Counted from the first letter of the stretch, positions 9,319 through 19,707 are shown. The stretch: DNA of 64,000 nt from Acidobacteria bacterium RIFCSPLOWO2_12_FULL_54_10 (GCA_001767075.1 MEKX01000173.1:2845-66844); one strand, 5' to 3'. Notes: generated from the sequence alone by a model not told the origin. Program-made: numbers and translations.

Positions 9319-10146
9319 TTATGGGCGGGTTTCCAGTACGAATGGAACGTTGCGTTCGCGGTTCAGTTGCTGCGTCAGAGAGAAGTCCAGTTGTTCCACG
9401 CGCACCGAGGAACGCAGCCGTGCCCGCGTGATGTAGTAAATCTGTTCTCCATCCAGCCAGTATTCCTCCACCGCCACAATCGACTGATCCTTGAACGCCA
9501 GCAGCGTAATAGTTGGCGCCTGCGCATTGCTCCCTGAGGATGGGGTCAGTCCTTGTCCCACCCACGGTTCATTTTTGGGCGGCTCCAGCGGCGCATCTGG
9601 TTTTGGAATTGCTGGCGGCTGATTCACAATGACTGTATACGGCCCCGGGTAAGGTCCGTTGTAGATATAAACAGGAATGCCTACGACGCCATTAAATCCG
9701 CTATGCGATCCGGAAAAATCTCTGGGAAATCTTCCCCGCTCCCCGTCCGGCTTTCCGTCCCGGCCATTGTACATTCCAGGATTATTGATATTCGGAACCC
9801 CATATACTGGACCTATAGGAAGTGGTTGAGGCGTTAATATCGTCGGCTGCATTCCAGGATGGTTGATGTTCCCATAGCTTGGCGGAGATACGGAGCGCAT
9901 GCCCACGCTCTTCCCCAGCCGGTTCGCGAAACCCGTGTCGGTAATCACTCCCGGCGCGCTGGGCAATGCTCCGGACTGGCCTTGTCCTGCAAAACCCACT
10001 CTGTTGCTCGTGTTTCCATTAGCTGGGCCTGGCGCAGCTTGATCGCCGTCCCTTTGAGATGCTGATGAATTTTGCTGCGACATCGCCTGTCCTGCCCACA
10101 GCAACAGGACCGCAACCGGAAGCATCGACTGGAGGACCTTTTTCAT
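9319..10146 (-). CDS. secreted hypothetical protein (Gly/Pro/Asn-rich, conserved-looking C-terminal module)
   Basis: 275 aa. Signal peptide MKKVLQSMLPVAVLLLWAGQAMSQQ, a low-complexity middle, and a structured C-terminus ITLLAFKDQSIVAVEEYWLDGEQIYYITRARLRSSVRVEQLDFSLTQQLNRERNVPFVLE. No family recognised with certainty. Confidence 0.55.
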   Translation of the reverse strand: MKKVLQSMLPVAVLLLWAGQAMSQQNSSASQRDGDQAAPGPANGNTSNRVGFAGQGQSGALPSAPGVITDTGFANRLGKSVGMRSVSPPSYGNINHPGMQPTILTPQPLPIGPVYGVPNINNPGMYNGRDGKPDGERGRFPRDFSGSHSGFNGVVGIPVYIYNGPYPGPYTVIVNQPPAIPKPDAPLEPPKNEPWVGQGLTPSSGSNAQAPTITLLAFKDQSIVAVEEYWLDGEQIYYITRARLRSSVRVEQLDFSLTQQLNRERNVPFVLETRP

Positions 10147-10256
10147 AGTTCCTCCTCCTTTACATTTAGGCTAGTCCTAGTCACGAAGTTGTGTCAATGA
10201 TAATCGAGCTTAAAGATTCGCTCGGCCTGCTAGCACTGTAGTTCTATAATCCATGA

Positions 10257-10451
10257 ATGCCGGAAAAACTGGATTCATCCATCAACAATCAGTCACACAA
10301 ATCTCACGCTGGCACAACGCCAAAATCTAAAGTACCTAGCGATAACCCCTCCGATTACTGCCCCAACTGCTCTGCGTTGCTCTCTGGGCGTTCCTGCAAG
10401 ATGACCTGTAAACGCTGCGGCTTCTTCCTCTCCTGCTCCGACTTTTATTGA
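10257..10451 (+). CDS. small Cys-rich zinc-ribbon-like protein (64 aa)
   Basis: Disordered N-terminus followed by [30 protein letters not shown] (six Cys, CxxC...CxxC spacing typical of zinc ribbons). Coding status rests on the ORF and motif only. Confidence 0.4.
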   Translation: MPEKLDSSINNQSHKSHAGTTPKSKVPSDNPSDYCPNCSALLSGRSCKMTCKRCGFFLSCSDFY

Positions 10452-10552
10452 TCCGCTCTGATTTATTTTTCCGTTGGTTTAATGCGTCGTTATCTCTTCA
10501 TCATTTTCCTGGATGCTCCGGGAATGTGCGAAAATAAGCCTCGGACTAAACT

Positions 10553-11236
10553 ATGCGCTTCTTCTTTCGCAATAAGGTTCCCGCCGCTACGAATGTTTTA
10601 ATCATCGAAAGCGGCCCGCCGGAGGTCACTGGCCGCGCGATGGCTGGCCTGCGCAAGTTATTTCCCAAAGCTCGTTTTCATCTTCTCACTTGCTTCCCTG
10701 TGCCTTCTTCACATCATTACTCTTCTGTGTATGAGGTGGACAAATACCCCGGCTGGAAAGCGAAGCTCGCTTTGCTCTTTCGGCTCAGGAAAAAGCGCTG
10801 GGGCATCATGGCCATACTTTGCACCGGCCAGCGCATTCTGCTGTCTTGGAAAATCTGCGCTCTGCTGCTGATCCCGTCAAAAACATTGATCGTCAACGAA
10901 AACGCGGATTTTTTCTGGCTTCATTGGAAAAACTGGAAAATACTCCTACAGCTTTCTGCCTCACGGCTCGGCTTGAATATTCAAATCAGAAAACCCCTGG
11001 TCACGTTTTTTCGCTCTCTCTTTTTTCCTTTCACTTTGCTGTTTCTTCTTCTCACCGCTCTGTTTCTCTATTCTCGTCACTGGTACCGCATGGCCCTCTG
11101 GCGTGTATCTCCGCCCCCGGACCGATTGACCGCTGCTTCCGAATCGCATCCTTCTCCCGGTTCGTCTACCATGACCAACACGCCACGCCCTTCTGAGGAG
11201 CAATCTCCCGTCCTCCACGACACGCAAAAGCCCTAG
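10553..11236 (+). CDS. hypothetical membrane protein
   Basis: 227 aa ORF with a soluble N-terminal part, one clear TM (FFPFTLLFLLLTALFLYS) and a Pro/Ser-rich tail. Same strand, just upstream of iscS. No family recognised. Confidence 0.45.
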   Translation: MRFFFRNKVPAATNVLIIESGPPEVTGRAMAGLRKLFPKARFHLLTCFPVPSSHHYSSVYEVDKYPGWKAKLALLFRLRKKRWGIMAILCTGQRILLSWKICALLLIPSKTLIVNENADFFWLHWKNWKILLQLSASRLGLNIQIRKPLVTFFRSLFFPFTLLFLLLTALFLYSRHWYRMALWRVSPPPDRLTAASESHPSPGSSTMTNTPRPSEEQSPVLHDTQKP

Positions 11237-11296
11237 CCCCCCCTCGCCCACTCCACCCATCCGCTGTGTTACCATTTAATCAAGAGGTTCGCTGCT

Positions 11297-12487
11297 ATGA
11301 AGCTTCCCATTTACATGGACAACCATGCCACCACCCCCGTCGATCCACGGGTTCTGGCGGCCATGCTGCCCTATTTCCAGGAGCACTTCGGCAATGCCTC
11401 TAGCCACAGCCATGCTTTCGGCTGGCGTGCCAAACAGGCCGTTGACGAGGCTCGCCAGCAGGTTGCCGCCCTCTTATCCGCAAAAGCCCAGGAAATCATT
11501 TTTACCTCCGGCGCCACCGAGTCCAATAATCTTGCTCTCAAGGGCGCCTCTGAAATGTACCGCGACCGTGGCAACCACATCATCACTTCGGTCACGGAGC
11601 ACAAATCCGTCCTCGATTGCTGCCGGCGTCTCGAAAAAAGCGGTTTCGAGATCACCTATCTTCCGGTCGACGGCTTTGGATGCATTTCATTGGAATCGAT
11701 CCGCCGCGCGATCACTTCGCGCACCATCTTGATCTCCATCATGGCCGCGAACAACGAGATCGGCGCCATTCAGCCCATCGCCGCAATCGGCGAAATAGCC
11801 CGTGAAAACGGCATTCTTTTTCATACGGACGCCGCCCAGACTGTCGGCAAGATTCCCCTGGACGTTGAGAAAATGGGCATCGATCTGCTTTCCTTCACCG
11901 GCCACAAACTCTATGCCCCCAAAGGCGTGGGCGCGCTGTTCGTCCGCAGCGAGAATCCATCCGTGCGCCTGGTGCCGCTATTGGATGGCGGCGGCCATGA
12001 AGGCGGTTTGCGCTCCGGCACGCTGAACGTGCCGGGCATTGTAGGCCTGGGGGAAGCCTGCCGCATCTGCTTGGATGAAATGCCTGCCGAGTCCGCGCGC
12101 CTGTCTGCCTTGCGCGACAAGCTGCAAGCCGGCATCTTCTCCGCCCTGGATGCCGTTACTTTGAACGGCTACCCAGCGAACCGGCTGCCGCACAACTTGA
12201 ACATCACCTTCGACGGCCTGGACGCCGAGTCCCTGATGCTCAGCCTCAGCGATATTGCGCTTTCCACAGGCTCTGCCTGCCGCTCCGCCGGGCATGAAGC
12301 CAGCTACGTTCTCAAGGCCATCGGCCTCAGCGATGATCTCGCCCACAGCACGCTTCGTTTCGGCCTGGGTCGCTTCACAACCGAAGAAGAGGTAAACTAT
12401 GTATTAGGGCGTGTCGTGGAAGCGGTCCGGCAACTGCGGGACCTTTCACCGGCCCGCGTTTCAGCTCCGGTGGGAAAAGGTTTTTAA
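11297..12487 (+). CDS. iscS: cysteine desulfurase IscS
   Basis: 396 aa. MKLPIYMDNHATTPVDPRVLAAMLPYFQEHFGNASS, FTSGATESNNLALKG, PLP-lysine context SFTGHKLYAPKGVGALF, and active-site Cys loop LSTGSACRS. Confidence 0.92.
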   Translation: MKLPIYMDNHATTPVDPRVLAAMLPYFQEHFGNASSHSHAFGWRAKQAVDEARQQVAALLSAKAQEIIFTSGATESNNLALKGASEMYRDRGNHIITSVTEHKSVLDCCRRLEKSGFEITYLPVDGFGCISLESIRRAITSRTILISIMAANNEIGAIQPIAAIGEIARENGILFHTDAAQTVGKIPLDVEKMGIDLLSFTGHKLYAPKGVGALFVRSENPSVRLVPLLDGGGHEGGLRSGTLNVPGIVGLGEACRICLDEMPAESARLSALRDKLQAGIFSALDAVTLNGYPANRLPHNLNITFDGLDAESLMLSLSDIALSTGSACRSAGHEASYVLKAIGLSDDLAHSTLRFGLGRFTTEEEVNYVLGRVVEAVRQLRDLSPARVSAPVGKGF

Positions 12488-12493
12488 TTAAAA

Positions 12494-12844
12494 ATGGATT
12501 CAATAATTGAGCTGACCACCAATGCCAGCAAACGAATTTGCGAAGTCGTCAGCCAACAGCCCGGCGTGGCCGGTCTTCGCCTGGGCGTCCAGGGCGGCGG
12601 CTGCTCTGGTTTCTCCTACGTTATCAAATTCGATTCCGCTGCGCGTCCCAACGATCACGTTTTTGAGTTTGATGGCGCCAAAGTTTTCATTGATCCCAAG
12701 AGTCTGGTCTATCTCAAAGGGCTGAAGCTCGATTACAAGACCGACCTTATCCAGCAGGCTTTCGTTTTGGACAATCCCAACGCTTCGCAGTCCTGCGGCT
12801 GCGGCCTGTCCTTCTCTGTGGAAGAACCCGTCTCCAAATCCTGA
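12494..12844 (+). CDS. iscA: iron-sulfur cluster insertion/assembly protein, IscA/ErpA/HesB family
   Basis: 116 aa. GLRLGVQGGGCSGFSY and C-terminal SCGCGLSF give the three conserved Cys of A-type carriers. Lies 6 nt after iscS. Confidence 0.9.
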   Translation: MDSIIELTTNASKRICEVVSQQPGVAGLRLGVQGGGCSGFSYVIKFDSAARPNDHVFEFDGAKVFIDPKSLVYLKGLKLDYKTDLIQQAFVLDNPNASQSCGCGLSFSVEEPVSKS

Positions 12845-12874
12845 CAGACTCTGGGCGATTTTGCGCCCCTGCCT

Positions 12875-13081
12875 TCAATCTTCTAACCGGAAGCCTATCT
12901 TCACCGTCACCTGAAACTCTTTCACTTTTCCCTCTTTAATCAGACCTCGCATCTCGGTCACCTCAAACCAGCCCAGGTTTCTGACTGTCTTGGAAGTTTT
13001 TTCCACGGCGTTTTGCACCGCATCGGCAAAGCTCTTTTCCGATATCCCCACCACTTCCGTTTTCTTGTAGGTATTGGGCAC
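12875..13081 (-). CDS. dodecin family flavin-binding protein
   Basis: 68 aa. TYKKTEVVGISEKSFADAVQNAVEKTSKTVRNLGWFEVTEMRGLIKEGKVKEFQVTVKIGFRLE has typical dodecin length and sequence pattern. Confidence 0.8.
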   Translation of the reverse strand: MPNTYKKTEVVGISEKSFADAVQNAVEKTSKTVRNLGWFEVTEMRGLIKEGKVKEFQVTVKIGFRLED

Positions 13082-13212
13082 TTGAATTTTCCTCCTTGAT
13101 ATTTCTCTGGTTTTTCTTTTCTAATTAAGCACGATCATCAGAACTAATATCTGCCATCCTGGAAATGGGGAATTATCATCCTTCCTTCCTCGATGTCGCA
13201 AAAGGATTATAA

Positions 13213-13851
13213 ATGGTTTCTCAAATCACACACTCTGCAATCGCAAAATATCTGGAAACAATCCTTCCACCCAGCGATCCCGTCCTGCGTGAGATGGAAG
13301 CTCTGGCGAAGCGCCGCAACATCCCCATCATCGGCCCGGTCGTCGGCAGAATCCTATATCAGCTTGTGTGCTTGAAAAATGCCAGGAGAGTTTTTGAAAT
13401 GGGCTCCGCCATTGGCTACTCCACCCTGTGGATCGCCCGCGCTTTGCCCGAAGGCTCCACGGTTTATTACACCGACAGCAACCCCAACAACGCTCGCCGC
13501 GCCGCACGTTTTTTCGAGCGCGCTCGCGTCAGTCACAAAGTCACCATCCTCACCGGCGATGCCATTGAGCTGCTCGCTCGCACACCTGGTAAATTCGACG
13601 TGATTTTCAACGATATCGACAAAGCGCAGTACCCGGAGGTCTTCCGTCACGCTTTGCCGCGCCTTCGCAAAGGAGGCCTATTGCTGGCTGACAACGTCCT
13701 GTGGAGCGGCCGCGTCACTCGGCCCCGAGCGAAGCAGGATGCCGCCACGCGCGGCGTCACTGAGTTCAACCGCCTGATCTACTCCAGCCCAGAACTGTTC
13801 TCCACCATCCTGCCCGTGCGCGACGGCTTCGCCGTGTGCCAGAAAATGTGA
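13213..13851 (+). CDS. class I SAM-dependent O-methyltransferase (caffeoyl-CoA OMT/YrrM-like)
   Basis: 212 aa. VFEMGSAIGYSTLW (motif I), FDVIFNDIDKAQYPEVF and GGLLLADNVLWSG are characteristic of the Methyltransf_3 family. Confidence 0.85.
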   Translation: MVSQITHSAIAKYLETILPPSDPVLREMEALAKRRNIPIIGPVVGRILYQLVCLKNARRVFEMGSAIGYSTLWIARALPEGSTVYYTDSNPNNARRAARFFERARVSHKVTILTGDAIELLARTPGKFDVIFNDIDKAQYPEVFRHALPRLRKGGLLLADNVLWSGRVTRPRAKQDAATRGVTEFNRLIYSSPELFSTILPVRDGFAVCQKM

Positions 13852-13875
13852 ACGGTTATTTGCTTGCAATAATTC

Positions 13876-14661
13876 TTACTTCCCATCAAACGCCTTCTGC
13901 ATCTCTTCGATGATTTGCAGCGCCGCCTCTCGCGCATGGGCCGCCTGCGTGATGGGCCGGCCCACCACCAGATAATCGGCTCCCGCCTGTACGGCGCTTG
14001 CTGGTGTTACCGCCCGTTTGTGGTCCTGCACCCCTTCGCCCACTGAGCGGATTCCCGGCGTCACAATCAGAAAATCCTTCCCCATGCGCTCCCGGATCAA
14101 TGCAGCCTCCCGGCCCGAGCAGATAACGCCATCTGCCCGCCCAATTTCCCGCGCCTTTTGCGCCTTCGACAGCACAAATTCATCCACCGACATATTCACG
14201 CCCATCTGTTCCAGGTCTTCCTGGCTCTGGCTCGTCAGCAGCGTCACCAGCAGGAGCTTCAGCCCCGAATCCCCGCGCGCTTCGGCGGCCGCACGCAAAG
14301 AGTTCAGCGGCGCATTGATGGTCAGGAAATCCACTTTTTCCTTCACCACCACCGCCACCAGCCGCTTCACCGTCTCCGGAATATCCCCGAACTTCAAGTC
14401 CAGAAAAATTCTCTTGCCGCGCTCCCTGAACGCTTTCAAGATCGGCACTCCCTCCGACTGCGCCGCCATATACAGCGGCCACCCAATTTTGTAAAACTGC
14501 ACGGCATCGCCCAGCTCACCCACAAACCGGAAAGCGTCCGCCGTTTCCATCAAACGAAAGGGGTTTTTAGGGTCCGGCGGCGGCGCGTCCAGCGCCACAA
14601 TCAACCGTTCCGAAGCCTGTATTTTCATCGTTTCGATTTCTGCAACCGCCCTGCTGCTCAC
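13876..14661 (-). CDS. pyrF: orotidine 5'-phosphate decarboxylase
   Basis: ERLIVALD, YKIGWPLY, IFLDLKFGDIPETV, DFLTINAP and the C-terminal LVVGRPI motif. GTG start at 14661; alternative ATG at 14628. Confidence 0.85.
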   Translation of the reverse strand: MSSRAVAEIETMKIQASERLIVALDAPPPDPKNPFRLMETADAFRFVGELGDAVQFYKIGWPLYMAAQSEGVPILKAFRERGKRIFLDLKFGDIPETVKRLVAVVVKEKVDFLTINAPLNSLRAAAEARGDSGLKLLLVTLLTSQSQEDLEQMGVNMSVDEFVLSKAQKAREIGRADGVICSGREAALIRERMGKDFLIVTPGIRSVGEGVQDHKRAVTPASAVQAGADYLVVGRPITQAAHAREAALQIIEEMQKAFDGK

Positions 14662-14799
14662 TCTCCTATAATGATTTTTTTCGTCATCCCGAGCTTGCCG
14701 AGGGATCTGCTTCTACAATTCGGCTCCAGACATTTTCACACACTCATCCGCCCGTTGCCAGCTTTCGCAAACAGAATATCATCCAAATTTCCTGGATTT

Positions 14800-15504
14800 T
14801 TATCGACTCAGGCGAGGCCGGGCATCCGGATCGCGTTTCTTGCGCGGCTCGATTGGATTTTCATCCTCCAGCGCCGTATAGGTGAACTCCCGGTTCAATT
14901 CCATCACCAGTTCGCTGCCTGCGGGTATTTCCAGGTCCTTGCCTCGTTTGAACAAATAATGGAACAGCGTGATGGCTCCCACGGCTCCGGCTCCGATCAA
15001 CGCTCCCTCAGCACTGCCGGTATAGATCGCGCCCAGCGTAGCCGCTGTAGCGGCATTGGTCGCCAGCTTGCCTTTGCTGACGCCGTCTTTGCCGGAGCTG
15101 CTGATGGTGCCCTCTTCGGAGTCCACTTCCACCTTGTCGCCGCCCCCGCTGGTCTCGGTCACTGAGGCCGTCAACTGCGCCCGGCTGCCGTCGGGAAATA
15201 CTATGCTATCGGGGCGCAACTGGATTTGCGGCTCGCCCGACGTCCGCCCGGGAGCCTTCAGGTTGACGATGGTCCCTTCCACCATGCTGCCCACGGGAAT
15301 GGCCTCGCGCTCATCGGCGAATACGGCATACACAATGCGCGCGCGGAACGCTTCGCCAGGCTTGCTGGTTTTCGTGCTTAATGTCGTCTCCAGTTGCACA
15401 TGGAGCGGCGTTCCTGCAGCCAGCTTCACCGTTTCCCCTCGCATTACCGCCGGGGCCATCAGTGCAATCAATAACCAGCCGGTTATCCACCAGTTTTTTC
15501 TCAT
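14800..15504 (-). CDS. secreted hypothetical protein with C-terminal glycine-zipper segment
   Basis: ATG 15504 has GGAGG 9 nt upstream. Signal peptide MRKNWWITGWLLIALMAPAVMRG, beta-rich body, and TLGAIYTGSAEGALIGAGAVGAI glycine zipper. Weak resemblance to TrbI/VirB10-type beta-barrel domains only. Confidence 0.55.
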   Translation of the reverse strand: MRKNWWITGWLLIALMAPAVMRGETVKLAAGTPLHVQLETTLSTKTSKPGEAFRARIVYAVFADEREAIPVGSMVEGTIVNLKAPGRTSGEPQIQLRPDSIVFPDGSRAQLTASVTETSGGGDKVEVDSEEGTISSSGKDGVSKGKLATNAATAATLGAIYTGSAEGALIGAGAVGAITLFHYLFKRGKDLEIPAGSELVMELNREFTYTALEDENPIEPRKKRDPDARPRLSR

Positions 15505-15756
15505 GCTGATCCACCTCCGACCGCCCCATTGTGCCATCAATTAAGTTCCAAGGCGACCTACTTGTTCAGATTCTACCACGCCCTGCAAGGTTGCAAATTA
15601 AAATTCAGGAGCCTGCATGCCAGCCTGAAGAACTGCCAAATTATCTCTTTCCAATCAATTCCCCACTGGACTCTCAAGCCGTTGCCGTTGATAATAATGG
15701 ACGCGGGTTTGTCAGGTATTTTAACAACCTATATTGTGTGAAAGGTATATGTGCAG

Positions 15757-16788
15757 ATGAAAATCACTCCAGGAAAACTTCAACGCCTGAACCGGGTCGC
15801 TTGGTCCAATGGCGTTATTGCCGCAGCGGCTATGGATCAGCGCGGCTCGCTTCAGAAATCCATTGCTAAAGAAAAAGGCATCGCGCCGGAAGCGGTCACC
15901 GGCCAAATGATGTCGGAGTTCAAATCCGCCGTCAGCAGGATTCTCACCCCGCACGCCAGCGCCATCCTTCTCGACCCTGAATTTGGCCTGGACGCCATCA
16001 AAGTCAAATCCCCCAAGGCCGGCGTCCTGCTGGCTTACGAGCAGACCGGTTATGAAAACAACATGCCGGGCCGCATTCCGCGCCTCATCCCTTACTGGAC
16101 CGCCAAAAAGGCCATCGAAGCCGGCGCGGATTGCATGAAGCTCCTCATTTATTACAGCCCCTTCGAACCACAAACGATAAAGGACATCAAGCACGCTTTC
16201 GTGGCCCGCATCGGCGCTGAATGCGAACTCTATGAGCTTCCCTTCTTCCTGGAATTCGTAGGCTACGACCCCGAAGGTGGTGACGAAAAGGGCGTCGAAT
16301 ACGCCAGAAAAAAACACGTGATCGTTGCCGGAAGCATGGAGGAGTTCTCCAAACCCGAATACTTTGTGGATGTTCTAAAAGTCGAAGTGCCTATCAACAT
16401 GCACTTCGTTGAGGGTGCCCGCAACAACAAAACCGGGCAGGTTGCCTATACCAAGAAAGAAGCGATGAGCCTGCTCCTCAAGACTGCCGAATCGGCCCAG
16501 CGCCCATTCATCTATCTGAGCGCTGGGGTCAGTGACGACCAGTTCCGCGAAAGCTTGGAGCTGGCGGTCGAGGCTGGTGTCAATTTCGCAGGCGTCCTTT
16601 GCGGTCGTGCGACTTGGAAGGAAGGCATTCCTCATTATGCCCGCCAAGGCCTCAAAGCCTTCGAAGATTGGCTCAATGACCGCGGTGTCAAAAACATCCA
16701 GGCCTTGAACGAAGTCCTCAAGGGTGCCAAACCTTGGCACGCTAAATACGGAGGCATGGAGAAAATTCAAGTCACCGCCAGAGCTTAG
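15757..16788 (+). CDS. class I aldolase, tagatose-1,6-bisphosphate aldolase (LacD) family
   Basis: MKITPGKLQRLNRVAWSNGVIAAAAMDQRGSLQKSI resembles the LacD N-terminus (..SALAFDQRGAL..). About 340 aa TIM-barrel length. Confidence 0.75.
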   Translation: MKITPGKLQRLNRVAWSNGVIAAAAMDQRGSLQKSIAKEKGIAPEAVTGQMMSEFKSAVSRILTPHASAILLDPEFGLDAIKVKSPKAGVLLAYEQTGYENNMPGRIPRLIPYWTAKKAIEAGADCMKLLIYYSPFEPQTIKDIKHAFVARIGAECELYELPFFLEFVGYDPEGGDEKGVEYARKKHVIVAGSMEEFSKPEYFVDVLKVEVPINMHFVEGARNNKTGQVAYTKKEAMSLLLKTAESAQRPFIYLSAGVSDDQFRESLELAVEAGVNFAGVLCGRATWKEGIPHYARQGLKAFEDWLNDRGVKNIQALNEVLKGAKPWHAKYGGMEKIQVTARA

Positions 16789-16910
16789 GCTTTCGCCTGT
16801 TTACCTCAGCTTTGTAACTAGACCTGTTTTCCGAAGCGTGTATCCTGTTCCACAGCCCCGGTCTTGCCGGGGCAAGGGAGCGGTTGGCTTGCCAATCTGA
16901 GCCCGGTGCG

Positions 16911-17027
16911 TCTGTCCTGAGCGCAGTCGAAGGGTCAGCAAGCGGGCAGGTTTGGCAACAACCGCACGACGCTCGATGGCCTGCAGTGTCAACTTCCGAA
17001 TGCTTGTCCTGTGCCGAATACGTCTGG
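16911..17027. repeat. composite intergenic repeat, copy C (most diverged)
   Basis: Head tctgtcctgagcgcagtcgaaggg and tail cctgtgccgaatacgtctgg align, in the same orientation, with the copies at 19781-19873 and 22001-22108. Lies in a 390-bp spacer between convergent genes. Confidence 0.6.
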
Positions 17028-17179
17028 AATTCCAGTTACCTAAGTCGTTCAATACCGGCAATCATCTCTGTATCATTTCTGCACACCGGAACCACATGGT
17101 TTTAGACAATGGGCCAAAAGTTCCGAAAATGCTGAAACTCTAACGTGATGAAACTCGGCATGTTTATTTCCTTTATACC

Positions 17180-19244
17180 TCAAGGACCCACCGCAATCGT
17201 GACCGGGTTCGCATTCCTCCCGCCGACGGTGAGAACTAAGAGAAGGTCCGGGGCCGTGCGGGCATTGGCAGGGATCCGGAAGTTGATCTGGTAGAGACCC
17301 GCAAAGTTCGGAGCCGCACCCGAGAAAAGAACCTCGCCAGAGTTTCCATCCACCGTCACTTTGGTCAGCGCAACCGTCTGGTTTCCCACCGAGGGGGCAC
17401 CGGTCGCCAGAGGCGGATTGACGGCACCAAGGCCAGTTGCGAACAGTAGAACGATTTCACCGGGATGGGCAGGATTCTGCGAGTTCACGAGCGCGCCATT
17501 CGCATGGACGACGACGGCCGGTCCCGTGCCATCCTGGCTCAGCGTATAGACGCCGGGGACAACATCAGCCAGGAGAATCGTGCGCTGGAAGCTGGGTTGC
17601 CCGAGGACCTCGACTTGAATCGTGGCCGAGACCTGGCCGGCGAGCTCGGCCGGAATCTGCACCGCCAGTTGTCCTGGCACGGCCGCAAACATGGGCGTGG
17701 AGATTCCATTTATCTTAACCTTGGCGCCGCCGAGGCTGGTGATGAGCCGGCCGTCTGGTCCAAAGCTGGTAGAATAGATAAGGGAACCATCATCCAAATA
17801 GCTTCCAAAAATGGAAGCTATGGAACTCGGGGCGACCGGCACGGGTCCGGGAGCATAGGTGGCGCTGCTGACTAGGCTGGCATCTACGATGTTCGGGGCC
17901 GGCAGCACTTTTAACAAAAAAGCGTCGTTGCCTCCCAGCGCCGTCGTGCCCAGCGCCCCCCCACTCTTAACTCCAGCAACATAGAAACCGGAGGTATCCT
18001 CAACCGCTCCAAATCCCGCGTCTAGTCCAAAAAAACCGTCGGGGGGGTTGCTATTGCCGAACTCACGAGTTTCCAAATGGTTCCCGTCTAAGTCGTACAA
18101 GCGCAAGAAGGCGTCGCCGTTGGAAGTATATGTCTGCCCCGGAAAGGTGCCGCCAGTCTCCCCGCCGACCAATACACTCGAAGCGCCCACGGCAACCGAG
18201 TAGGCATAATCGTCGGCATTGGTTCCAAACTGCCGCACCCATTGCTGGGCGCCATCGGCGTTGAACTTGATTACGTAAGCATCCCACAGTCCGCCGGAGA
18301 AGGTCTGTCCGGTAAAAGGGCCCGTGGTGTCGCCGGAAACGAAGACTCCGGCGGGGCCGACGGCGACTGCATGAACATCATCATTGTTGTTTGCGCCCGG
18401 GGGAGGAGAGCTTCCGAATTGCCGCGTCCAGAGCACGTTTCCATTCACGTCATATTTGCGGAGAAAGCCGTCATTACCGGCGGCCGGAGCGGCCAGGTCC
18501 CCGTTGGTGGATCCGGTGACATAGATTCCCGTGGCGTCCAGCGCCACCCCTCGCGCCTTATCATTATTCCCGGTACCGAATTGGCGCGTCCAGAGCTCGT
18601 TGCCATTGACATCATACTTGCGTATGAAGGCATCCCCGCCTCCGGCAGGTGTCTGGCCCGGCAACACCCCAAGACAGCAATCGACGTATCCTACGACGTA
18701 GACTCCCGTAGCGTTGACAGCTACAGCCAGAGCCTCATCGGTGGACACGGTCCCGAACTGGCGGGGTCCAAAGCTCAATGCCATTGACATCATACTTGCG
18801 CACGAAGGCGTCCCACCCGCCGGAGCTGATCTGTTGCGGCAATGTACCCTCGGTCCACCCGGCCACATAAACACCGCTCGAATCGGCAGCCACCCCTGAA
18901 GCGACATCCTCGCCTCTGCTGGTGGATTCGAACTGCCGGAGCCAAATCGGGTTTCCGAGATTGTCATAACGGGCTACAAAACCGTCCAGATCGTCGACTC
19001 CACCAGGGCTCGATTGCCCCGGCAACAGGCCTCTGGTTTGTCCTGCAGTATAGACGCTTCCGAACGTGGTGGCGACGGCATTCGCCTGCTCGTCACGGCG
19101 CTGTTCCGGGTCGCTTCCAAGCTGGTGGGTCCATTGAATGTTCTGGGCGTGAGCCGGTGTTAGTAAAGAGAACAACAATGTAAAAATTGCAAAAATTGGC
19201 AGAATGAAAAATCGAATCAGGCACACACTCGCCTCAAATCCCAT
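17180..19244 (-). pseudogene. secreted seven-repeat propeller / TIGR03437-like protein, paralogue of 7207..9264, interrupted by a 1-nt frameshift
   Basis: ORF 18735..19286 carries the signal peptide and blades 1-2. ORF 17180..18967 carries blades 3-7 and the C-terminal domain. Coding strand reads tgg acc ccg cca gtt cgg gac; removing one C of the C4 run (plus GGGG 18763-18766) gives W T R Q F G T, the blade consensus. Confidence 0.75.
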
Positions 19245-19707
19245 CGGGATACCCCTTCGCTCCAAATTTTGTGATATGAACCTCAACTAGGCTTGTATAA
19301 ACAAAAGGCAATATGGCACAAGAGCGTTCTGGCAACAACAGCTGAAATCCAGATTGCGCGCCGAGCCGACCGGCTATTTATGAGTCAGCGAAATAAGAGA
19401 AAATCTTATCGAAAATTGATCTTGTATTCAGAAAAAGTTCTCCACCAAAATGACCAGCAGCACACAAGTCCGTAACGATTGCTCCCGAGTAAGAGGCATA
19501 GTATTTACCTATCCAGTGTCACTTGGCCGATAATTCTGCAAACCGGAAACAGTGCCGAAAGGGTTTCCTCTCGGCGCAGGCAGTATACCGCAAACGAATG
19601 CACGTTGTTTCCACAATTTCGCCGTGTTTAGGAATCCTGCTCGAATGGTTTTGGACCGGAACTGGTAGCCGCGCTTGGGCATGGGGCCTACGACGCAATA
19701 CCGGGGT

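Noticed and set aside
14158-15165. 335-aa + strand ORF (Arg/His/Gln-rich) spanning the pyrF region and the intergenic DNA
   Set aside because: It is antisense to the well-supported pyrF gene and to the 14800..15504 gene. Composition is low-complexity with no recognisable motifs. This is a typical shadow ORF.
15721-16317. 198-aa - strand ORF; similarly 6110..6649 (-), 61967..62569 (+), 44807..45310 (-), 22603..23070 (-)
   Set aside because: All are antisense shadows of confidently assigned genes (LacD-like aldolase, SDR/RidA, malQ, kdsD, hemW).
16856-16872. Hairpin ccccgg-tcttg-ccgggg after the aldolase gene, considered as a possible terminator
   Set aside because: The stem is only 6 bp with no following U-tract. 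It is left unannotated as a terminator and may be part of the repeat-rich spacer.
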